A stretch of DNA of 64,000 nt from Promethearchaeota archaeon (lineage in GTDB: Archaea; Asgardarchaeota; Lokiarchaeia; Sigyniarchaeales; SOKP01): positions 10,299 to 74,298 of the forward strand of contig JAHLWH010000134.1 in assembly GCA_019058015.1 (NCBI GenBank), written 5' to 3'. Positions within the stretch are counted from its first letter, which is position 1, and every line of letters starts with the position of its first letter. Positions 9,262 to 17,635 of the stretch are shown here, piece by piece. The notes under the pieces are model-generated. The model had not been told where the DNA came from and did not search any database. It saw only the letters and a list, made by a program, of their open reading frames with translations. Position numbers and translations under genes: made by a program.

Positions 9262-12042
9262 ATGCGTGATTATAATCCCAATATAATAGAAAAGAAATGG
9301 CAAAAGAAATGGGAAGAAAAAAAAATTTTTGAAGTAAAAAAGGATTCAAAAAAGAAAAAATATTATGTACTCGAAATGTATCCTTATCCCTCTGGAGAAC
9401 TTCACATAGGTCATCTACGTAATTATTCTATCGGTGATGCTTTTGCTAGATACAAACGAATGTGTGGATTCCATATGCTTTATCCTATGGGATATGATTC
9501 TTTTGGACTACCCGCAGAAAACGCCGCAATTGACGAGGGGGTTAATCCAGAGGAATGGACAAATTTAAACATCGATACTATGAGAAATCAACAAAAACGA
9601 ATAGGATTATCTTATGATTGGACTCGCGATATTCACAGTCACGACCCGAATTATTTCAAATGGGACCAGTGGTTTTTTCTGAAAATGTTAGAAAAAGATC
9701 TAGCTTATAGGGAAAATAGTTATATTAATTGGTGCCCTCAATGTGCAACGGTGTTGGCTAACGAACAAGTTCAAGGTGGTCAATGTTGGCGCTGTAATAC
9801 AGAAGTAGAACAAAGATTCTTGACCCAATGGTTTTTAAAAATAAGATCTTATGCCGAAGAATTGTTAAATGGCTTAAATGATGTTGATTGGCCCGAAAAA
9901 GTTAAAGTCATGCAAAGAAATTGGATCGGGAGGTCGGAGGGATCGATAATTAAATTCCCAATTGTGGGAGAAGAAAAGACCATTGACATATTTACAACTA
10001 GAGCTGATACACTTTTTGGAGTAACTTTTATGGTTTTTGCTCCAGAACATCCTTGGATTCACGAATGGGTTAAAGGAACTGAATATGAAAAGGATTTTGA
10101 AATTTTTTATACCGATGTTAAAAAACAGAATAAATTTGAAAGAACAGATGTTGAGGTTGAAAAAAAAGGGATGTTTATCGGTAAATACGCGTACAATCCA
10201 ATGACAAAAGAAAAAATTCCTATTTATATTGGAAATTTTGTCATTTATGAATACGGTGCAGGTGCTGTTATGGCGGTTCCTGCTCACGACCAGCGTGATT
10301 TTGAATTTGCAAAAAAGTATAATATCACGATTAAAATTGTCATTCAACCACCTGATTATGAATTAAATGCGGATAAAATGATAAGAGCTTATGTGGCAGA
10401 TGGTATCCTAGTAAATTCAGAAGAATTTGACGGGATGGATAATCGAACTGCAAATAATGCGATAGCAAAAAAGTTAGAGAAAATAGGGATGGGTCAAGCA
10501 ACTATTAATTATAAGTTAAGGGATTGGTTAATTTCCCGTCAAAGATATTGGGGTTGCCCAATACCAATAATATATTGCGATGATTGTGGAATTGCGCCTA
10601 TTTCTTATGAGGATTTGCCATTAGAATTACCAAAAGATGTTAAATTCACTGGAAAAGGAAACCCTTTAGAAACCTCTGAAAATTTCATTAATTGCCAATG
10701 TCCAAAATGTGGTAAACCAGGGAGGCGTGAGACTGATACAATGGACACTTTCATTGACAGTGCATGGTATTTCTTCAGATTCTGTGATCCTCATGCAAAA
10801 AACTTACCATACAGAAAGGAAATTGTTAATTATTGGGGAAATGTTGATCAATATATTGGCGGAATTGAACATGCAATAATGCATCTTCTTTATGCAAGAT
10901 TTTTTACAAAAGTAGCGCGTGATCTTGGGCTACATTCACATGATGAACCCTTTCAACGATTATTAACACAGGGTATGATCAACAAAGCACATCCATATTG
11001 CCCAAAATGTAATTCCTTTGCGATGAAAGCAGAAATGCATGATGAGAGATGTAAACGATGTGGAACGGAATATATTCTAAAAAGCGCTAAGATGAGCAAA
11101 TCTCTAGGAAATACCGTAGATCCAATTGGAATTATGAATGAATATGGGGCAGATGCAACTAGATTTTTCATATTATTCGGAGCAAGTCCAGAGAAAGGAT
11201 TGGAATGGTCTGATCAAGGAGTTGGATTTGCATATAAATTTGTCTCTGGTTTATGGGTACTTTTTACAGAGTCTGCCGAAAAAATAAGAAACAAAAGGAA
11301 TATAAATGATACTTTTATAGAATACAAATTAAATAAACTCATAAAAATTGCTACAGAATACATGAATAATCTTGCATTACGTGATGCGATAAATGAAATT
11401 GTTCAATTTATTCCATATTTTAAAGGATATAAGAAAAATGGTATTATTGAAGATCTATATAAAGAATGTCAAGAAAAATTGCTACTGATCTTACATCCAT
11501 TTATACCACACATAACAGAAGAATTATGGGAAATGCTTGGTCATAAAGATTTCTTAAGTATATCTACTTGGCCATCCTATAACAAAAATCTACTAACAGA
11601 TGAAAACGATTTTAAATGGAATTTACTGAACAACACAATAGATGATATAAAAAATATAATACAAATTTTAAAGGGTCATAAAATTTCTTTGATTAAAATT
11701 GTAATTGCAGCCGAATGGAAATACAAATTGTTTTCAATATTAATACCATTGATTGAAAAATCTAAAGATCAAGGAGAAATTATGAAATTAGTTATGCAGG
11801 ACGCTGAATTGAAAAAATTTGGGAAACAAATAAATCAAATCACCAATAATATTTTGCAAAATCTTGGGACATATTCAAAAATAGTCTTAACATCAAAAAA
11901 TGAAATGGACTTTTTTAATGAAATAAAACCAACTTTTCAGGATAAGTTTGGGGTTAATATTGAAATATTTTTAGAAGATCAAATTGATCATAAAAAAGCT
12001 AAACAAGCATTACCTGGGAAACCCGTTCTAATTTTAGAGTAA
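9262..12042 (+). CDS. leuS: leucyl-tRNA synthetase, bacterial-type architecture
   Basis: HIGH (HIGHLRNY) and KMSKS (KMSKSLGN) signatures. Also FGLPAEN, CPQC..CWRC zinc motif, RDWLISRQRYWGCPIP and YIGGIEHAIMHLLYARFF. Confidence 0.95.
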   Translation: MRDYNPNIIEKKWQKKWEEKKIFEVKKDSKKKKYYVLEMYPYPSGELHIGHLRNYSIGDAFARYKRMCGFHMLYPMGYDSFGLPAENAAIDEGVNPEEWTNLNIDTMRNQQKRIGLSYDWTRDIHSHDPNYFKWDQWFFLKMLEKDLAYRENSYINWCPQCATVLANEQVQGGQCWRCNTEVEQRFLTQWFLKIRSYAEELLNGLNDVDWPEKVKVMQRNWIGRSEGSIIKFPIVGEEKTIDIFTTRADTLFGVTFMVFAPEHPWIHEWVKGTEYEKDFEIFYTDVKKQNKFERTDVEVEKKGMFIGKYAYNPMTKEKIPIYIGNFVIYEYGAGAVMAVPAHDQRDFEFAKKYNITIKIVIQPPDYELNADKMIRAYVADGILVNSEEFDGMDNRTANNAIAKKLEKIGMGQATINYKLRDWLISRQRYWGCPIPIIYCDDCGIAPISYEDLPLELPKDVKFTGKGNPLETSENFINCQCPKCGKPGRRETDTMDTFIDSAWYFFRFCDPHAKNLPYRKEIVNYWGNVDQYIGGIEHAIMHLLYARFFTKVARDLGLHSHDEPFQRLLTQGMINKAHPYCPKCNSFAMKAEMHDERCKRCGTEYILKSAKMSKSLGNTVDPIGIMNEYGADATRFFILFGASPEKGLEWSDQGVGFAYKFVSGLWVLFTESAEKIRNKRNINDTFIEYKLNKLIKIATEYMNNLALRDAINEIVQFIPYFKGYKKNGIIEDLYKECQEKLLLILHPFIPHITEELWEMLGHKDFLSISTWPSYNKNLLTDENDFKWNLLNNTIDDIKNIIQILKGHKISLIKIVIAAEWKYKLFSILIPLIEKSKDQGEIMKLVMQDAELKKFGKQINQITNNILQNLGTYSKIVLTSKNEMDFFNEIKPTFQDKFGVNIEIFLEDQIDHKKAKQALPGKPVLILE

Positions 12043-12176
12043 CAGAGAAAAAAATAAAAATAAAAGCTCGAAAAAATATATTTTAATTAATATAATAAGA
12101 AATTAATGGTGCTGAAAAATATCCAAACAATCCCCAGATTATTCAAATTTAATTTATTTTATTAATATCGGATGTT

Positions 12177-12712
12177 ATGAAAGCTCCTATTTTTCATGGA
12201 AACAAAAAAATTTACCAAAATCTTTTTTTTTTGAAAGCTTTCTCGCTAGAAATGCACCTAAAGAATCCAGATATTATCATATAAACAAAGCTGACTCTAA
12301 AGTTGTATTTATAAAAAAAAAAGATGTAGTCTTTGTAATTGGTGCCGATAAATCCGTTCAATTTCAGTTAATTGAGGCGATTTTGGATTATATTTCTGAT
12401 GAATTTATTGAAATCTATGGAGAATCTTTTTTAAATTCATATGATGCAATTTATGATGATTTTTTTAAAGGTTTTAACTCAGTAGTGGAGAAAGCTATAA
12501 AAAATGTACCGAGTAAAAATGGAAAATTTGTAGATGCATTTTGTAAATATTGTAAAAAAACTCTTAAGATATATGTAAAGAATAGTTTAATCGAGAATTC
12601 AACTAAAAAATTGGTTCCTTTAGTTTTTAATCATCATGACCATGCTCTATTACTCTATATTGATACAAATTTTATTGTAAGAAGTGTTGAAATAATTTCA
12701 ATCTCGGGTTAA
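12177..12712 (+). CDS. longin-like domain protein with C-terminal CxxC..HHDH segment; N-terminus apparently frameshifted at a T10 run
   Basis: The tracked ORF (12383..12712) starts at TTG, but its frame is open back to 12116 with no ATG/GTG/TTG. An ATG at 12177 in another frame joins it across T10 (12223-12232). KVVFIKKKDVVFVIGADKSVQFQLIEAILDYISDEFIEIYGE resembles the beta-beta-helix core of sigma-adaptin/longin domains. Confidence 0.4.
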
Positions 12713-12824
12713 TAAAGCTTGTTTTATATCGTTTTAATATTAATTTTCTATAATTATTTATATCCAATTAACAAATTTTAGTATATACTGAATATATGAA
12801 AAATTGGGAAATTTTTAATAATAG

Positions 12825-13313
12825 ATGACAATTTACTCACTTCAAGTTATAACGACCACTGGTTATCCCTATTATAATCTAGAAATAGAACCTCAACCTG
12901 AAGGAGTTCCTCTTTTTCTAAGATTTTTCGATTTTTCAACTCAAGAATTTAACCATGAGAATGAATTCAATCCAATCGAATGTTTTGAATTGACTTCTGG
13001 ATTTGTTTCAGCTATTTTTGAATTTGCTAGACTTCTAGATAAAAACCTAAAAGTATTGGAATTTATTCCCTTACGCAAAAATATAAAAGGTAGCAAAAAA
13101 TCCCAAGAAAAGCAAATAAAAAAACACAGTGGCAATGTTTTAATAACATGTCAAACAGAAACCTATCTAAATAATAAGGCTGTAAAACAAAAAATTCAAA
13201 TGATATTTGATTGGGTAATTCAAAATAAAATCCCTCTTGGTCCAGAAAAAAAAATAAATCCTGAAGAAAAAGAAAGAATTATGCGAATACTCACAGATGC
13301 AAAAGCAAAATAA
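12825..13313 (+). CDS. longin-like small protein
   Basis: IYSLQVITTTGYPYY (strand pair), ELTSGFVSAIFEFARLL (helix), LKVLEF / VLITCQTE (strands) and a C-terminal helix. This order resembles sedlin/Bet5-type longin folds. Assignment from pattern only. Confidence 0.4.
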   Translation: MTIYSLQVITTTGYPYYNLEIEPQPEGVPLFLRFFDFSTQEFNHENEFNPIECFELTSGFVSAIFEFARLLDKNLKVLEFIPLRKNIKGSKKSQEKQIKKHSGNVLITCQTETYLNNKAVKQKIQMIFDWVIQNKIPLGPEKKINPEEKERIMRILTDAKAK

Positions 13314-13370
13314 CAAATTGAAGCAAAAAAAAATGAATTAAAAAAGATTTTTAATGATTTTTTAAATGAA

Positions 13371-13694
13371 ATGAAGGTTTATGGACTTGAAGGACTATGT
13401 GTTACATCATTTGATTTATCCCCTATAATTTCTTTTGGTATTGATTTTAAATCTGTTGAAGCCCTCCTAAGAAATTTAGGAGATATTCCTGATGTAGAGA
13501 CTTTACAATGGAAATATCGAGAGTCAACAATTGAAGATCTAAGGAAATGGGTCTATATAATCAATTCTGGAGTAGGACCTTCTGAAGAATCTATTTTTAT
13601 GCCATATTATTATATTCTTTTCGCTAGTCCTGAGAGCTTTCTTGGAGAATCCCCGGGTATTTTAGCTTCTAAAATTAATCTTATTTTAGGCTAA
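13371..13694 (+). CDS. roadblock/LC7-like small protein; coding probably begins upstream of the ATG
   Basis: Same frame as 12825..13313, separated only by TAA 13311-13313. The gap encodes QIEAKKNELKKIFNDFLNE, followed by MKVYGLEGLCVTSFDLSPIISFG. This reads as helix1-G-strand-strand, as in roadblock domains. Confidence 0.4.
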   Translation: MKVYGLEGLCVTSFDLSPIISFGIDFKSVEALLRNLGDIPDVETLQWKYRESTIEDLRKWVYIINSGVGPSEESIFMPYYYILFASPESFLGESPGILASKINLILG

Positions 13695-14007
13695 GAAAAA
13701 ATATATCTTGAATCATATACCTGATATATTTGAAAGAGATTCAGACTATCGTAATTAGGCTCTTTTTTACTTATAACACCAAATATGTCATTCATATAAA
13801 AGAATAAATCTTTTGAATTAAAAATTAATTAGAATAAAAAATGTTTTAAGATCTCTGAATAAATGACAATATTATTAAGATATACTATTATAGCTCTGAA
13901 ATAAATTAATAAATAAAATCAATTCGATATATTAGGTAATTAAATTTATTAGAAAATGCTCTTTTTTTAAAACATAATTAAGTATCTTGCTACAAAAGTA
14001 GATTTTT

Positions 14008-14979
14008 ATGCCAATCAAAATTATTATAACAGAAAATTTTGAACACATGAGCGAAATTGCATCCATAATTATTAAAGATAATATCATCCAAACGTTACAG
14101 AAGAAAAAAGAATTCGTTATTGGATTAGCAACAGGAAATTCGCCTACTGGTCTTTATAAACATTTAGCGAGAATGGCTAACGCTGGTGAATTTGATAGTA
14201 GTCGGATCCACAGTTTCAACCTTGATGAATATATTGGCCTTCCAGGTGAAAATGTTCAACAACGCACGATACATCCGGAGAGCTACTGTTATTTTATGAT
14301 TCAAGAATTTTTTGGACATCTTGTCAATAAATTCATAGAAACAACTGTTCCTTATGGGTGCTTAATCGATCAAGACCATCTCATACAAGAATTGGAAGGT
14401 CATCCAGATGATTGGCGTGAATTGGGCACAGATGCTGGTAAATCAATTAATATCATAGATAATAAATTTTCAGAATATCTAGCTTGGATCCGTAAAACAA
14501 TCTTGGATGGATATGCCCAAAAAATTAAGGATATTGGAGGTATTGATTTGCAAATTATAGGAGTTGGTGGACGTGGCCATGTAGCTTTCCATGAATCGGG
14601 AATTCCTTTTGATGGTAGTAATATCATGTTAGTTAAACTTGACGATAACACGATAAAAAATGCCGTTATCGATGGACATTTTCCCTCAGAAAAAGATAGC
14701 CCACATTATGCTATTAGCATGGGTGCAGAATTAGTTTATAAAGCGAAAACAGTAGTCCTGCTAGCTACTGGCGAACGAAAAGAAAAGGCAGTTGCCGAAT
14801 CACTATTAGTTGATCCTACACCAAATATTCCCATTTCCTATGGTCAGAAATACTCTGAAAAGGGTGGTAATCTAATTTATGTATTGGATAAAATTGCTGG
14901 TCGAGAGTTGCTCGCTAATAAAATGATACTTGAACAAAAAGGTATAGAAATTAATATTTTACAAAAAACCAGTAATTGA
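14008..14979 (+). CDS. nagB: glucosamine-6-phosphate deaminase family protein (NagB/6-phosphogluconolactonase fold)
   Basis: GLATGNSPTGLY, FNLDEYIGL and IGVGGRGHVAFHESG motifs. Convergent with glmS. Confidence 0.8.
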   Translation: MPIKIIITENFEHMSEIASIIIKDNIIQTLQKKKEFVIGLATGNSPTGLYKHLARMANAGEFDSSRIHSFNLDEYIGLPGENVQQRTIHPESYCYFMIQEFFGHLVNKFIETTVPYGCLIDQDHLIQELEGHPDDWRELGTDAGKSINIIDNKFSEYLAWIRKTILDGYAQKIKDIGGIDLQIIGVGGRGHVAFHESGIPFDGSNIMLVKLDDNTIKNAVIDGHFPSEKDSPHYAISMGAELVYKAKTVVLLATGERKEKAVAESLLVDPTPNIPISYGQKYSEKGGNLIYVLDKIAGRELLANKMILEQKGIEINILQKTSN

Positions 14980-15055
14980 TTATCTCGTTTTTGTATATAC
15001 TGTTTTACTATGAAATATAAAATTATTTCTTACAGTGTTAAAGTTACTAATTTAT

Positions 15056-16897
15056 TTAATGAACTGTAACAGTCTTACTTAAGTTCAATGGCTTATCTGG
15101 GTCGAGTCCATGGAAAATTGCTGTATAATATGCAAGCAACTGTAATGCTGGAATAAAGGTAATTGGACTAAATATACTATGGTATATATCGGCTGGTTGA
15201 GGTATATCAATTGTCATATCACTATGTACTCTGATTTTTTTATCACTTTCTACAACAATGGAGATAATTTTGCCCCCTCTTGATTTAAATTCCATTAAAT
15301 TTCCGATTAATCTAACATAAGTCTCATCTGGCGGTGCGATAAAAACGATCGGGTATCCTTTTCGTACCAATGCAATGGGACCATGTTTTGCTGAAGCTGC
15401 AGAATATCCTTCAATGAATCTACAAGCTACTTCTTTTAACTTTAATCCACCTTCTTTAGCTGTACCAATTGATATCCCACGAGCTAAAAAAAAATAACTC
15501 GAATGTTTCTCTAAATCTTTTACAATTTTTCTAATTAAATTAATATTATTACTCAAAAAATTCTCAATTATTTGAGGTGTTGATTTTAAAGCCTTGTAAT
15601 AGTTTTGTATTTCACTTTCTGGTTCTATTTTTCTCAATTTTGCAATCTCCAACGCGATTAATGCAAGTGTAAGTACTTGACAAGAGTAAGTTTTTGTAGC
15701 AGCGACTCCAATTTCAGGACCAGCTTGTGTAATTATAAAGTGATCTGAATATCTTGTAATTGATGATCCTACAGCATTAGTTATCGATAAAATTTTTAAA
15801 TTTTGTGCTTTTTTGGCCCAGCGAATAGCCTCAATTGTATCTATTGTCTCACCTGATTGTGAAACTGCAATTATTACTGAATTATCCCTTAAAAAATTTG
15901 TTAATTGACCTTTTAACTCAGAACACTCAATTGCCTGAATATATTTACCTAAAAATTTGGAAATAATAAATTTTCCAGCTAAGGAAGCAAATAGTGAGGT
16001 TCCAGCACCAGTAATATAAATATCATTGGCAGACAAAATTATTTGGGCAAATATTTTAATATCTTCATTTGAAATCTTCAATGTTCGTTTCAAAGCTTCA
16101 GGCTGTTCATATATCTCTTTTAACATAAAATGTTTATATCCTCCCTTTTCTGCTGCATTAATACTCCACTCAATTTGTTGAGATTTCTTCTCAATTATCT
16201 CTGAAGTATTCATATCAAAAAATTCTACCTCTCCTGCTTTTAAAATCGCCATCTCACAATCCTCCAAAATGTAATATGTTTTTGTTAATGGCAGAAAAGC
16301 TGGAAAATCTGATGCACAATAGGTCGCTACTCCGGGTTCAATCCCAATTATAATCGGAGATTCTTTTCTTACAGCAATAATAGTATCTGGGACATATAAG
16401 CTTAGAATGGCTAATCCATATGACCCTTTAAGGATTTTTAAAGCTTCAATAATTGAATCCTTAAAGTCTAACCCTTCCTTCATTTTCTCTTCAATTAAAT
16501 GTGGAATAATCTCTGTATCTGTGTCAGATTTAAAATTATGCCCCCTTTGAATGAGTTCTTCTTTTAGAGTCATAAAATTTTCAATAATTCCATTATGAAC
16601 AACCGTAATGTTATTAGAACAATTTGTATGTGGATGACTATTAATTTTTGTAGGAGCGCCGTGTGTTGCCCATCTAGTATGTGCAATTGCAATTTTACCG
16701 GGAAAATCATCTAATTTTAGCTTTTTATGAACCTCATCGATTTTTCCTGCATCTTTCTTTATAAATAATTTTCCATCATGTTGTGAAACTATTCCAACGG
16801 AATCGTATCCTCGATATTCTAATCGTTTTATTCCTTCAAGTGCTATTTTACCAATGGGTATATCTTGATTTGTTATAACTCCAAAAATTCCGCACAT
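15056..16897 (-). CDS. glmS: glutamine--fructose-6-phosphate aminotransferase
   Basis: MCGIFG N-terminal nucleophile. Class-II amidotransferase domain followed by two SIS-like halves (SQSGETIDT). 613 aa. Confidence 0.95.
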   Translation of the reverse strand: MCGIFGVITNQDIPIGKIALEGIKRLEYRGYDSVGIVSQHDGKLFIKKDAGKIDEVHKKLKLDDFPGKIAIAHTRWATHGAPTKINSHPHTNCSNNITVVHNGIIENFMTLKEELIQRGHNFKSDTDTEIIPHLIEEKMKEGLDFKDSIIEALKILKGSYGLAILSLYVPDTIIAVRKESPIIIGIEPGVATYCASDFPAFLPLTKTYYILEDCEMAILKAGEVEFFDMNTSEIIEKKSQQIEWSINAAEKGGYKHFMLKEIYEQPEALKRTLKISNEDIKIFAQIILSANDIYITGAGTSLFASLAGKFIISKFLGKYIQAIECSELKGQLTNFLRDNSVIIAVSQSGETIDTIEAIRWAKKAQNLKILSITNAVGSSITRYSDHFIITQAGPEIGVAATKTYSCQVLTLALIALEIAKLRKIEPESEIQNYYKALKSTPQIIENFLSNNINLIRKIVKDLEKHSSYFFLARGISIGTAKEGGLKLKEVACRFIEGYSAASAKHGPIALVRKGYPIVFIAPPDETYVRLIGNLMEFKSRGGKIISIVVESDKKIRVHSDMTIDIPQPADIYHSIFSPITFIPALQLLAYYTAIFHGLDPDKPLNLSKTVTVH

Positions 16898-16969
16898 AAC
16901 TTCTAAACCAATTTTAAATTAGATTAAAGTCAGTAAAGTTCTAAAGAAAATAAATTTATTTATATATAT

Positions 16970-17509
16970 ATGAGCTTTAAAAAATTACCAATTACAAGTC
17001 ATATTGGATTGATGTATCCAAGACAAACAATTTTACTAACTACTTACCCTGTAAATATTATCCCTCTTGCTTGGACTCTTATTTTAAGTAGAAATCCTCC
17101 TATTGTAGGAATTTCCGTGTCACCCTCAAGATTCTCTCATAATTTAATTAAAGATCAAGGAGAATTCACAATAAATGTTCCTACAAGGGAAATATTAAAA
17201 AAAGTAATGTATTGTGGTCAAACATCAGGTAAAAAAGTAAATAAGTTTAAAGAAACTGGCTTAACACCATTAGATGGAATAAACGTGAAGTGTCCTCGAA
17301 TAAAAGAATGTATTAGCCACATAGAATGCAGACTGATCGATAGTAAGGTCTATGGGGATCACACTTTATTCATTGGTAAAGTTGTAACATGTCTAGGAAA
17401 TGAGGATTTTTTAAAAAATAATAGAATAGATATTAAAAAAGTAGAAATACCTTATCATTTGACTGGTAGGAATTTTACTTTTAATCAGAAAAAAATTTAT
17501 TATGTTTAA
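16970..17509 (+). CDS. flavin reductase-like (flavoredoxin/split-barrel FMN-binding) protein
   Basis: LLTTYPVNIIPLAWTL..PPIVGISVSPSRFSHNLIKDQGEFTINVP pattern of the flavin reductase domain. Confidence 0.65.
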   Translation: MSFKKLPITSHIGLMYPRQTILLTTYPVNIIPLAWTLILSRNPPIVGISVSPSRFSHNLIKDQGEFTINVPTREILKKVMYCGQTSGKKVNKFKETGLTPLDGINVKCPRIKECISHIECRLIDSKVYGDHTLFIGKVVTCLGNEDFLKNNRIDIKKVEIPYHLTGRNFTFNQKKIYYV

Positions 17510-17635
17510 ACAAATTGAGATCCATTATATTGGAGAAGACATAGAAAATATACAATCTTTTTCATAAAATAAAAATATGGGAAGCAAGTATCGTTTGCTC
17601 CAAATGATTTCAAAATGTAGAAAATCATTTAAATC

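Noticed and set aside
9874-10347. Long antisense or overlapping ORFs from the six-frame track: 3684..3932, 7395..7793, 9874..10347, 10953..11171, 12941..13135, 14400..14651, 19002..19313, 20298..20486, 21384..21674, 22755..23078, 23337..23812, 26629..26814, 28400..29390, 33393..33575, 35638..35940, 36001..36264, 37126..37512, 39819..40061, 42771..42974, 43329..43574, 47053..47265, 49498..49710, 50502..50735, 51284..51556, 53884..54648, 55280..55903, 57670..57900, 58438..59220 and 60750..60989.
   Set aside because: Each lies inside, and opposite to or out of frame with, a longer ORF that has clear family motifs. Their translations are low-complexity Ile/Phe/Ser/Leu-rich strings with no motifs. 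They are typical shadow ORFs.
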